From assembly GCA_004764695.1 (NCBI GenBank), contig SMSO01000006.1, positions 635,859-699,858 of the forward strand: a DNA stretch of 64,000 bases, in the 5' to 3' direction. The DNA is from Schizochytrium sp. TIO01 (taxonomy: Eukaryota; Protista; Bigyra: Labyrinthulomycetes). The position numbers and the translations under genes were made by a program. Of this stretch, positions 46,978 through 57,518 are shown in pieces. Below the pieces are notes generated by a model. It was given only the letters and a program-made list of their open reading frames with translations, searched no databases and was not told the DNA's origin. Position 1 is the first letter of the stretch. The number at the start of each line of letters is the position of its first letter.

Positions 46978-47505
46978 TTACTCTACCTTCTTCGCCATTT
47001 CACCAGGCTGCTCGAAATATGTTTGATAAACAAGAGCCGCAACCACAACCGTCCCGGTACACGCTGCGAAAAGTACGAAAACCGTAATAAAAAGGGGCAC
47101 TGCGAATGCCGAAATCATGAGCATGATGCCTACTACGCCTGAGAGCACTAAAAGAGCACTTTCAAGCACTGTCAAAAGCACAAGCCAAGAAAGCAAAGCT
47201 ACTGCCGCAGATATGCTAAAAACGCAGATCTGCGTGACTTTTCGCAACCGGGCATCCTTTTGAGATGCACTCCAAGCTTGTCCGAATAGTTCTTTCGCGA
47301 TAGCCAGAAACTTTCCACGGTCTGACCATAAACGGGCTAGAGTTTCAACAAAACCAACTTGTGGGTTTCTTGCCTGTTTCGAGTTTCGTGCATGGGAATG
47401 GACGATTTCCGCTCGGCGGAAGTCAAAGTTCTCTGCTGCAAAGGAGATCGGCAGGCCGTTAAGCCTTGGAGTAGGTTCCTGGTGCGTTGTTGCGTCGCCC
47501 TCCAT
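46978..47505 (-). CDS. Small protein (175 aa) with a 68-aa hydrophobic segment; candidate lipid-droplet/ER hairpin protein
   Basis: ATG-initiated ORF convergent with the M13 gene. Hydrophilic N-terminus, an amphipathic helix, then a long stretch containing only one charged residue. Confidence 0.7.
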   Translation of the reverse strand: MEGDATTHQEPTPRLNGLPISFAAENFDFRRAEIVHSHARNSKQARNPQVGFVETLARLWSDRGKFLAIAKELFGQAWSASQKDARLRKVTQICVFSISAAVALLSWLVLLTVLESALLVLSGVVGIMLMISAFAVPLFITVFVLFAACTGTVVVAALVYQTYFEQPGEMAKKVE

Positions 47506-49155
47506 CGTCGGCTTCGGTGGAGGAGACCTTGATGAATATGCGAATCACGAAACGGCGCTCTGATCTTCGTTACTAGCTAGTACAGATCATCATTTTTTGG
47601 TCCTGTTTCATTCTTTTTGTTTTTGTTTTACGCAAGAACAGTATTATACTCCAATTAATTTCGCCAGGGCAGGGCTATAACTGTAGGTAGGCAGGTAGTA
47701 GGTAGGTAGGGATTCATTCTTTCATGCACCAAGCCAATTCGTCACCTCTGAGCCATCATGACTTTAATCTTAGAGGTGGAAATGGCACGGATAAAACCTG
47801 GAAATGAGATCAACTGACGCAGGCCTATGGAGTGAAGGAGCTTCTGCTTTGGGCCTATATTTCATCCACGCCTTGGTCCAAGTCTCCCTCCCATATATGC
47901 TTCCAATCTACGAGCCAATCCTCCCATCGGCACACTTCGCAGACACGATTATTACTAAGTTTAATGAATAACTCGTTAGTTCTTTTGTGAAGAACTGCCT
48001 TTACCCGGGTTCGTGCTGCTCTGGTTTCCTGCTATGTGCGCAGGCACCTGCCCTGAAGCATGGTGACGAAGTTGAAGGAATGCATTTCCATCATCCAAGA
48101 CTCGGGATCCCCTCCTGAAGCTGCTTGTGGCACCCAGTAGTATTTGTTTGTACGTGCGAACGAGATGCGTAGAGTTAGTTGTTGGCGCCAAGAAAATAGC
48201 TTTTAACGCAAGCAAGCAATGCCTATTACTTGCGAGCGAGTGCCCTGATCGCATTGTCGGTGTTTCTGGCACTTTCTCCCGTGAGAGGAAGAGCCACGGG
48301 TGCCTTTGGTTGGGGCTTGAAGGGTAGGTATCTCGGCAAAAAACATTAGTGCGCCAGCCAGATAAGGCGACCGGAAGAATCCAAGAACTTGCGGTGATCT
48401 ACCTCTTGCGCTTGGATCTCGCACAAGAACTCCCAAAAGCGTCGGTCGTTCGTTTCGAAAGCACGACTGGCAGCACTTTAATTTATCCGCAAGGCAATTC
48501 CCAAATCTGGAAAACAAGACTCCACTCGGATCCAACTTAGGCCAGCTAGCTACGAGGCTTCGTTGAGACAGCACCTCGTCCGTATGGACCTTGGACCCTG
48601 CAACATCTAGGTCGACGCTGGAGCTGAGCGAGCTGGTATTTCTTTTCACTGGCGTATCTCAGGATCCGAGTTACCTGTTCTAATTGAATTGGCATTGTGC
48701 TTCAGAATCCATACGTTGACTTTCCTCAGTACCGATTCTACTCGGCGCAGAAGCAGGCCACAATAGAATAAATATAAACAGCGCGAGGCGTATTGACTAA
48801 CACGCCTTGGCAGCTTCGCCCATCGTATTGCTGAGCGTTCGCAGCTATTGCAAAGACCTTTGTATCGCAAAGGCTCCCGTCGCTGTGGGAAACGGTGTTA
48901 AAAACTGTAATTCCGCTCAGCACCACACATAACAAAATCAGTACAAGGTATTAAGTAGAAGTCGGACTCTAAAAAACGAAGCGGGGACAGCAGAGCGCGA
49001 ACTGAGGCACGCACAGCATATCGCTGCGTAGCAAGAACGTGGTTTTGGAGTAGCACTGCAAGAGAAGAAAAACTAAAGGCCATCGCTGTAAGAGGGTAGT
49101 AGAGGTACTGGAGAGACGCAGCTAAAGGCGGAGTATTCTGTCTAAGTCCACAGAG

Positions 49156-50610
49156 ATGGAGGAAGAAGGTGATAAAGTGCGGCAAGTTGATGGCATTGCC
49201 GAAGAGCCACAAATGAAGCATGTGCCAGCGTTTCGACGCAATGTACTTCTTCTTTCGGCTGCATGGTGTTTCGGAGCAGCAGCAGCTTTTATGCAACTAA
49301 GTTCAACAACTCTTGCAGTCGCCGGGTTGTATGACTCATCTGTTGCCACAATTCCGGTTGGCATACTCATGGCATCCGCTGCGTTTGGAGCAGCATGTGT
49401 GCCAATACTTACGTCCAAATATGGTAAATTGCCCATTTATGTGATTCTCAACTTATTTGGACTGGCAGCTGCCGTGGCAGAATTAGCAGTCGTCATTGTA
49501 GTTGGGAAGCGCACAGATGCAAATGGAGACGAGGTCGCGGTGGAAGACGGAAAGCTAGCTTTTCTTGTGATTGCCATTTGTTCAGTGCCACAGGGTTTTG
49601 CATATGCAGCGGCCAATAACTTTCGTCTCATCTCAATGGAGTACGCTGTTCGTCCAGAGCAGATCCCCATTGCTGTTTCAATGACAATGGCGGGAGGAAT
49701 CCTTTCGGCAGCAGTTGGGCCAACGTTGGCAATCGCAACAAAAGATTTAGGTTCCTATGAGTTTGCCGGCTCATATCTGCATTTGACAATAATCTATTGT
49801 CTCCTGCTTTTGATACTTCCCAACATCGAGTATATCAACCACTTTCAAGACAGAGCCAAGGCTGCTGCAGCGATGCAAAAAGGAGCACTAGATGACGAAC
49901 CTGCGCCTCGGTCATTCTTACAGCTTGCCTTACAAGGTGACTTCATCATTGCCAACTTTGTACAGGTCATTTCTTTCACAACAATGGGAGGCCTCATGAG
50001 TGCCACACCAGTCTCGATGCAGTCCCATGGGTTCGAGTATTCTCTCTCCACCACTACAATTGTTGTGCATCTTATGGGCATGTACCTTCCTTCATTTTGG
50101 ACAGGAAAAGTTGTTGCGCGCTTTGGAAATGTTCCCATTATGTTGCTTGGCCTTGGAGTTCTCGCTTTTGGTGCCTTTCTGTTGCTTTCGGGTGCATATC
50201 TACCTGTGTATATTATTTCTCTTTTCCTCATTGGGGTAGGCTGGAACTTGGCCTTTATTGCGTCAACCTCCCGAATCGGGCTTTTAGCAACACCTGCCGA
50301 GAAACATCGCCTACATGCACTCAATGATCCTCCGGTACTGGCTTCGCTCGGTGTGTCGTTTATTATTTCAAGTCCATTGTCCACGGCCCTAGGCTGGAAT
50401 TTTTATGCAATATTCAATGGCCTTATAGTCGTTGTTGCAATAGTGATTGTGATGATACGTGAATATATTTTCCGGCCTAAAACAAAACCCCAAGACCCTT
50501 CGATCCCTACCAATGTATCTCGAGAGGAACCTCCCCTTGACCAGCCAACAGCACCTGCAATCGATCCGCTCTCAGAGCCTGCCGAACGTCAACAAGTTGG
50601 AATCGTGTAA
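49156..50610 (+). CDS. Major facilitator superfamily transporter (RfnT-like subfamily), 484 aa
   Basis: About 12 TM segments; AGGILSAAVGP, MSATPVSM, HLMGMYLPSFWTG, LIGVGWNLAFI and PAEK...ND motifs. Confidence 0.88.
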   Translation: MEEEGDKVRQVDGIAEEPQMKHVPAFRRNVLLLSAAWCFGAAAAFMQLSSTTLAVAGLYDSSVATIPVGILMASAAFGAACVPILTSKYGKLPIYVILNLFGLAAAVAELAVVIVVGKRTDANGDEVAVEDGKLAFLVIAICSVPQGFAYAAANNFRLISMEYAVRPEQIPIAVSMTMAGGILSAAVGPTLAIATKDLGSYEFAGSYLHLTIIYCLLLLILPNIEYINHFQDRAKAAAAMQKGALDDEPAPRSFLQLALQGDFIIANFVQVISFTTMGGLMSATPVSMQSHGFEYSLSTTTIVVHLMGMYLPSFWTGKVVARFGNVPIMLLGLGVLAFGAFLLLSGAYLPVYIISLFLIGVGWNLAFIASTSRIGLLATPAEKHRLHALNDPPVLASLGVSFIISSPLSTALGWNFYAIFNGLIVVVAIVIVMIREYIFRPKTKPQDPSIPTNVSREEPPLDQPTAPAIDPLSEPAERQQVGIV

Positions 50611-52306
50611 ATCAGAACATGGCACAGAGTTCAATGCAGAAGGACGCGTCTCTCATTGCAAGATACAGCAAAGATCATCATAACCTTCATTCGAAACCTA
50701 GATTCATGTACAAGCAACGACTGTGCCGACCATTTATTTTTATATGGCGTTCTACTAAACTATATTTGGAAAATTAAATTTGGATATCACTGGTTGACAC
50801 TCCCTCGCGAAACATTTGAAGTTTGTGCCAAACAGTTCAAGGAGTATCGATGAAGAATGTGTAAAAACTTCTGTAGGATAATTAATTTATTTTTGGAGAG
50901 CAGTTTAGTTTGCACGTGCCAACAATTATGCTATAAGGGCCCTTAATGTATAGGTGCTACATTTTATACTTATAGTTTCAATGTTTCGTTTTTTAATTTT
51001 AAAAGAAGAGCAAAGGGAAACAAATAGAAGTGTAAGCGTTGCGCAGCTCTTTGTCCGCCCAAGAATGTGCATGATGCATATAATATTGCGTGGCGAGAGT
51101 TGTGGCAATAGACAAACCAGCGTCCTCCCATCGACTTAGCTGTTACAATTATAAGAAGTACCTGGAACTTGGAAGTAAGGGTACGATGGTATGAGAGAGT
51201 GATGGAATGTCTGCGATGATAAAATCTTGCTTGATGTACTGCGCTATATGAAATACTAAAAGTTTTCATTTGAGTTTCTACACAAGCTTTTATAGGACTA
51301 ATGTCTCTCCTAATGGGGGGGTGTGCCAGCCAGTGTGGTCCTCTCTAGAGAATGAACTTTATGAAATTCAGAAATTCAAGCACTAGAAGTGGGTGTACCT
51401 ACTATCTCGCTTCAGTACACAACTTTTTATTGATCAAGACTAGTACCTAGGCACGACCTACCTACCTACTTTTCATCTCCCCACAATGCTTGCGCATTTT
51501 ATTTCAGATCGCTTACTTATAGTATTACTTATATATTACTATAGTAGTCTATGTGATTCTATTGAAGGTACCAAGTTGAATAAAACATGCACGAGCCGGA
51601 TTCGATACACTCATTTCCCTCGTTTCCTTATTTAGCCACGCTTTTGCAAAAAGGCAAATTCATGTGTACTAAGAACCAAAAGTGAGTAAACGCTAAACTT
51701 GTCTCGTGGTTTCTGTGTCAGACATACAAACAAACCTATCGACCCGAAACTGGACGTCGAGTAGAAGCAAGAAGCCAATTTTATTGCGCAAAGAAAGTGT
51801 TCACACCGCGCATGTGTGGCTTTATAGTAAAAAGGGTAAAAGGTTGATGGGTAAAAAACGAATGAACTTCAAGCTCTCGATACTCTGACCCGAAGGTGCC
51901 AAGGCTTGGCTAACTGAAAACTATGATGCACATGCCATCTCTTTAGCGAACGATGAAGCTGTCTACATCCCCCATGAATGCGTCATTTCGTATTAGGTTT
52001 TTCCAGCTGATTTGTTGCTACTGATCTACCTACCAACCACTGTCACTCGGATCTCATCGCAACCTAAGTACTATTATGGACCATGAATACTTTTGATGCT
52101 TTGTTTCTCTGAAAATCATAAAGCAAATTATGTGCTGTGCCCTTCCAAAAGCTCCGGCCGACGCGACCAGGACAAATAATAGAAGCTAGTAACATATGTT
52201 TGTCTTTCTAAACACACAATTTCTCTACGGAAACCAAATCCCAAACGTGCTGTGTTGCGTTGACTGCAAAGAGGGGGGCTGTTTTGTCTCTTCTAAGAAA
52301 ATAAAA

Positions 52307-55300
52307 ATGAGAGAGGCAAATAAGGCCGTTCGCGACGACGCGGAGCGTGGAGAAGAACGTCATGACGAGTATGAAGAGCTAATCATCTCCTATTCTGGAG
52401 AACTTCGTCGGATTGAAAAAGTTTCAAGATGTTGCGTGCAGCGTCCATTAGCAATATGCGGAGGAATCTGGGTTGTCATTGCCATTATGGGACTTGTTGC
52501 TATGGTTGCAGGTTGGGCAAACATCCAAGAAACTGCAACTGAAGACTGGATAGTGCCAAGTAGTCCTGTAAGCAAAAACTCAGATGCTCTTGAAGATGCC
52601 CGTGAGCAGCTTGACTCTGCAAACACCGAAAGCAATTTACCTGTTAGATCCGAAGATGTATGGTATGCACCATTTTCCTTCATTTATGAATGGGCAGATG
52701 ATAATAGGGAAGACGAAATTTTTACAAGTGCAAACCTTCGACGCATGTGTCAATTCCAAAGCATCATCACAGCAGATTCTGCATTTCCAAAGTTTTGCAA
52801 ACCAGAAGGCGAACCAAATGGAACCAACACGATCTGTGCAGACCAGGCATATGATATTGTTTCGAAAATCTACCCAACCTTTGAGGAGCAGAAAACTTGC
52901 CCAGAACTTACTAGCGCAGAGTTTACGTCTCGGTTCCTTTCGCTTGCCGCGAATCCAGAAGACCTCTACTTTTTCTTGGAACGTCGAATCTCCAGTGCTT
53001 CTGACGTGAGATTGAAGACCAGATCTCAGCTCTCACTTTATGGTCCTCTTGGTTCTGACACAACAGGTGGCAAGCGTTATGCAGCAACGTCGGATGAGGA
53101 CACTGACGAACAGGGCCAACTCTATAAGAGTTTTACGTTTGATATGGAGAAGAAGATTTTTGCAGAGTGGGGAATGTCCACAGTGATTCCATTTAACTCC
53201 GTGTATAACGTCCATGCGTTGAGTCTTGGAGATGGTCTTCAAGTGCGCTTTTACAATAACTTTCTTGTTACTGAAGAATTTCAGCGTCTAGTAAGCTGGG
53301 ATCAACTTCTCGTTGGCGGGTCTGTGTTTTTGGTAGGGGTAGCTATGATGTTACACTTGCGAAGTCTGTTTCTAACATGTATTGGTCTCTTTGCTATCCT
53401 AGCCAGTATTCCAGTTGCACTTTTCCTATACACGGGAATCTTGCAGATTCATTACTTTAGTAGTGTTCATGTCGTGACGTTTTTTCTCATTCTTGGGATC
53501 GGAGCCGATGACTTGTTTGTTTGGGTGGATGCGTTTATGCAAAGTGAGAGATATTGGCATGGTATCCGTGGGTATGGGTCAAAGCAAGAGGCAGCGAAGG
53601 CAAACATCTATGGCACGGGAGATCTCGATAGAGAGATTCTTGTAGCGCGACTGGTTTTCACCTATCAGCGTGCAGCTGGAGCTGTTTTTAACACAAGTAT
53701 CACAACTGCTGGTGCATTTCTTGCCACTGCAGTAAGCCCCATTGCGCCGATAGCTTCGTTTGGCATCTTTGCTGCTATTACCATTATGGTCAACTTTGTT
53801 TGGACGATTGCCATGTACCCTGCAGTTTGTATTCTTTTCGAAAGGTATTTCAAAGGACGTCCCTTTTGCTTTGGGTGGTTGCGAAAAGCACCAAAAGAAC
53901 TCAGCATTGTCGATAGCACCTCTCAGCCTGATAAAGCCGAAGGCATAGAGCGACGTCAAAATGAAGATGGCAAAGATATTCTGATTCTTCCCAAACCTGA
54001 ACATATGGAGAAATGGGAGGAGAAGGCTTTCTCTAAACTCTACGTACCTTTCATAAATACCAAAATACCACTCCAGGTTGGTTCTCGTATATTGCATCTA
54101 TTCCCTGTAGTTCTTATTTGTGTAATGGGTCTATTTGCGATGATTGTGTTCATGTGTACGCATGCAATCTTACTAGATACCCCCACTGAGCCAGACCAGA
54201 ACTTCCGTGCATCTCACATGTTTACTGGCTTTGCCAATGACTATAGCAAATGGTTTTTGGGAGGCAACGACTACATGACGGTGGAGGTGACATTCGGAAT
54301 CAAAGGAGTTGATCGCAGTGGCTTTAAGTTCTTAAATCCTCAAGGGTACCGTGGATCAGCTATCTTCGACGATAGCTTCGATTTAGCTTCACGTGCAAAC
54401 CAAGAATACATGATAGAAGTTTGTGAAAGCTTTGCTAATTTGAGCTGCACTCCGGTCGGTTCTACTCAGCCTTTAGAGGGCTGTGTTGCGGATGAGGCTC
54501 ATGTTGTAACGAGCGTGGATTGTACTCTAGCAAAATTCCATACATGGTATAATGAGACATATCCAAATAGCACAAGTGCGCTTGATCTGGGAGAGGAAAA
54601 TAAAATCTTATGGACAGATCGTCTTCAGGAGTGGGCACTTGCAACAGGAAATGATAATGACGTTGGAATTATCGATGGTGAACTCAAATTCATCGTCTTC
54701 AGCTATGACTCTTCACTCAAAGTCTTGCAGCCTGTCAACATTAAGCAGCCGGTGCTCGACTTGCTTGATGCGCATCTTGATGAAATTGTTGCCAATGCTC
54801 CTACGGGCCTCCAGTCTGCTTTTCAAACATGTTTTGACATGCTGTGGATTTACAGTGAGCTTGGTATTGTATCTGGCATGTTTCAAGGTCTCGCAATTAG
54901 TATTCCTATCGCTTATGTAGTTTTGCTCGTGGCAACGTCAAATCTAATTCTCTCAACGATTGCCATCGCTGGTATTGCAAGTATCGTGGTGACTGTGTTG
55001 GGTACAGCCCAGCTTCTAGGCTGGGCCCTTGGTGTCGCTGAAGCTATCGCTGCTGTCATGGTGGTTGGCCTTTCTGTAGACTATAGTACGCTTCATGGAA
55101 CGAGCTATGCACATGCAGCAAAGGAGGGGTTTACAACACGGCTTGAACGCTTCATATATTCGTCCATTATGCTTGGTCCTACGGTTCTTGCAGGAGCTCT
55201 CACAACCGGGGGTTCCGCGGCTGTTATGTTTGCTGGACAGCTCGCATTCTTCAATAAAATGGCTATCCTCTTGACATCTACGATTGGGTACAGTTTACTC

Positions 55301-55420
55301 ATTACTGAGTTCTTTGTCATGCCATTATTCCGAGTCATTGGTCCCCAGGGAACGCGTGGCAACTGGGTTCTATTTTGGAAGGCTCGCCACAACCAATGTT
55401 TAAGAAGGTCTTCAGCCTGA
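52307..55420 (+). CDS. Dispatched/Patched-family (RND, sterol-sensing domain) 12-TM protein, about 1037 aa
   Basis: LGIGADD in TM4 and VGLSVDY in TM10, two large Cys-containing lumenal loops, TSITTAGAF. Probable start is MREANK at 52307; an upstream in-frame ATG at 52196 is possible. Confidence 0.9.
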   Translation: MREANKAVRDDAERGEERHDEYEELIISYSGELRRIEKVSRCCVQRPLAICGGIWVVIAIMGLVAMVAGWANIQETATEDWIVPSSPVSKNSDALEDAREQLDSANTESNLPVRSEDVWYAPFSFIYEWADDNREDEIFTSANLRRMCQFQSIITADSAFPKFCKPEGEPNGTNTICADQAYDIVSKIYPTFEEQKTCPELTSAEFTSRFLSLAANPEDLYFFLERRISSASDVRLKTRSQLSLYGPLGSDTTGGKRYAATSDEDTDEQGQLYKSFTFDMEKKIFAEWGMSTVIPFNSVYNVHALSLGDGLQVRFYNNFLVTEEFQRLVSWDQLLVGGSVFLVGVAMMLHLRSLFLTCIGLFAILASIPVALFLYTGILQIHYFSSVHVVTFFLILGIGADDLFVWVDAFMQSERYWHGIRGYGSKQEAAKANIYGTGDLDREILVARLVFTYQRAAGAVFNTSITTAGAFLATAVSPIAPIASFGIFAAITIMVNFVWTIAMYPAVCILFERYFKGRPFCFGWLRKAPKELSIVDSTSQPDKAEGIERRQNEDGKDILILPKPEHMEKWEEKAFSKLYVPFINTKIPLQVGSRILHLFPVVLICVMGLFAMIVFMCTHAILLDTPTEPDQNFRASHMFTGFANDYSKWFLGGNDYMTVEVTFGIKGVDRSGFKFLNPQGYRGSAIFDDSFDLASRANQEYMIEVCESFANLSCTPVGSTQPLEGCVADEAHVVTSVDCTLAKFHTWYNETYPNSTSALDLGEENKILWTDRLQEWALATGNDNDVGIIDGELKFIVFSYDSSLKVLQPVNIKQPVLDLLDAHLDEIVANAPTGLQSAFQTCFDMLWIYSELGIVSGMFQGLAISIPIAYVVLLVATSNLILSTIAIAGIASIVVTVLGTAQLLGWALGVAEAIAAVMVVGLSVDYSTLHGTSYAHAAKEGFTTRLERFIYSSIMLGPTVLAGALTTGGSAAVMFAGQLAFFNKMAILLTSTIGYSLLITEFFVMPLFRVIGPQGTRGNWVLFWKARHNQCLRRSSA

Positions 55421-55976
55421 AAAAGGACCGGGCTAGCAGATTGAGCATAGAAAAGCTCAGTATTTCGATTAAAACAAAAAATGATTTTCCTGATTTGTAT
55501 ATTATTTCTTTCGCTCTTTGAACTTCATCTGGAGTTTAGTGTGACACGCAGACAACATGCAACAAGCAAGCGATTAAGTTAGTGTTGACCTCAGAGAGAC
55601 CATGAGCTTCCGGGGAATGATGCCTTCTATAGCAGCAGCCCCCCCCAGTCAGGATCTTTTCTTTATGCAAGTGTTTGCGTAACGCAATTTGTCTTTGTTC
55701 CTGTTGTCTCCCTTTTTAATCTTTAATTTTAATTTTTTTTCAACTAGCCCTGTCACAGTGGTCAAACGGCTATTTTCTTTTACAGTAACTTGACATTCTC
55801 TCCAAAGGCCCCTTAGCTAGAAGTGGCCAAGCCCAAGCGCAGTCCAGAGAACTGCAGTCTCAGCCCAGGAGTTTGCCCGTGAGGGCAGCACATACTTTCT
55901 TTGGTTTCACCAGCTTTTATCCTAAACCCGAAGGGAACACGAGCAGCTGAGGTTGTTGATTTGCTCACTTCGAACA

Positions 55977-57518
55977 ATGTCGAGCACTCTAAGGGCCTTG
56001 AAGGCTAAGAGCGCCTCGCAAGCAATTCAAGAGAAGCGACAGCTTGACCGACGCCGTGAGCTGCTATGCCTGACTCACCAGTTTCTGCTCGATCAGGGAT
56101 TTATTACAGCAGCAGAGCAACTTCAGGCGGATGCTGGAATTTCATTGAGTAAGTTCGAAGTTGCTGATAATATTGATCTACCGATTGTCTTTCAGCACTT
56201 TTTAGAGTACTACGAGATGCGCTTTGGGAAGCTACCAAAAATCATGCGTAAACTTGACGCCACTGAGGCACAAGCAAAGAAGTTGGCTCTTCGTGGTGGA
56301 GGCAATAGTCTGCCAACACAGGCCCCAATAAGTAACAACCATATTTCAAAGCGCCCCTCGGCCCATCTTGGTCCAACAACAAAAATAGAGAAAACAAGTT
56401 CTAGTGGTAGCAAGACCTTGAACCACTCAAATCCAGAGTCTGAGGCTGTTACCTCCAACAGCAGAGAAGAGATTTCAGTGTCAGGTCACGCCGTTCACCA
56501 AGAGGGTGGAAATCAAGCCTTGGAGGTTTGTGGCGTCGAAGAGAAATCCTCACCTGCTGATCGATTGTTAAAGCCATTGTCACAATTTTTGCACGGATCA
56601 ACAAGTGACACTCGGGAACTAGCATTGACTATTTCGCGAGACATTTTTACAGAAAACCCCCAAGTACGCTGGGAGGATGTTGTTGGACTGGAAGACGCAA
56701 AAAGGCTATTACAAGAGGCTGTGGTGATGCCTGCTCGTTTTCCAGAACTCTTTCAAGGAGGCCTTGTTTCACCTTGGAAAGGCGTACTACTTTTTGGTCC
56801 CCCAGGAACTGGCAAAACGATGCTTGCCAAAGCAGTTGCTACGGAATGCCGGACTACATTCTTCAACATATCCGCGTCGTCAATTGTCAGTAGGTATCGT
56901 GGGGATTCAGAAAAGCTTATTCGCATCTTGTTTGACCTGGCAAGGTACCATGCTCCAAGTACCATCTTTCTAGATGAGATTGATTCGATCATGGGTCAAC
57001 GTGGAGGCAGTGGTGGTAGTGGCGGAGGGGAGCATGAGGCAAGTAGACGTATGAAAACGGAACTTTTAATTCAAATGGATGGTCTGGCTCGTGCAGAAGA
57101 TGCCGGCATATTTGTTTTGGCAGCAAGTAATTTGCCCTGGGAATTAGATCACGCGCTTTTGCGACGTCTGGAAAAACGTGTCCGCGTCCGCCTTCCATGC
57201 GCAGCTGGCAGACAGAGTATCCTCGAGAAACTTCTTCCACCAGACCATCGCACAAAGAATATTGACTATGCTATACTTGCGGAGAAAACAGAAGGTTACT
57301 CGTGTGCGGACATTACGTTATTGTGCAAGGAAGCAGCAATGTACCCAATTCGTCGTGCTATGACAAATCTTAGCCTGACTTCAGCTCAAGGTGGGCCACA
57401 AGTCGGACCTGTTCTTCAGGATGACGCCTTAGCAGCATTACAAGCTACGCGACCTTCTGCTCATGCAACTTCGGAGCAAGCATACGAGCGTTGGCACGAT
57501 AATCATGGGTCAAGCTGA
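55977..57518 (+). CDS. KATNAL2: Katanin p60 subunit A-like 2 (LisH + AAA ATPase)
   Basis: N-terminal LisH (RRRELLCLTHQFLLDQGF...FEVADNIDL); Walker A GPPGTGKT, Walker B IFLDEID, EHEASRRMKTELLIQMDG, SNLPWELD and RRLEKR. First ATG at 55977. Confidence 0.92.
   Translation: MSSTLRALKAKSASQAIQEKRQLDRRRELLCLTHQFLLDQGFITAAEQLQADAGISLSKFEVADNIDLPIVFQHFLEYYEMRFGKLPKIMRKLDATEAQAKKLALRGGGNSLPTQAPISNNHISKRPSAHLGPTTKIEKTSSSGSKTLNHSNPESEAVTSNSREEISVSGHAVHQEGGNQALEVCGVEEKSSPADRLLKPLSQFLHGSTSDTRELALTISRDIFTENPQVRWEDVVGLEDAKRLLQEAVVMPARFPELFQGGLVSPWKGVLLFGPPGTGKTMLAKAVATECRTTFFNISASSIVSRYRGDSEKLIRILFDLARYHAPSTIFLDEIDSIMGQRGGSGGSGGGEHEASRRMKTELLIQMDGLARAEDAGIFVLAASNLPWELDHALLRRLEKRVRVRLPCAAGRQSILEKLLPPDHRTKNIDYAILAEKTEGYSCADITLLCKEAAMYPIRRAMTNLSLTSAQGGPQVGPVLQDDALAALQATRPSAHATSEQAYERWHDNHGSS

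Noticed and set aside
47976-49296. Cluster of 60-150-aa ORFs between the hairpin gene and the MFS gene
   Set aside because: No recognisable domains, mostly non-ATG starts, and inconsistent frames.
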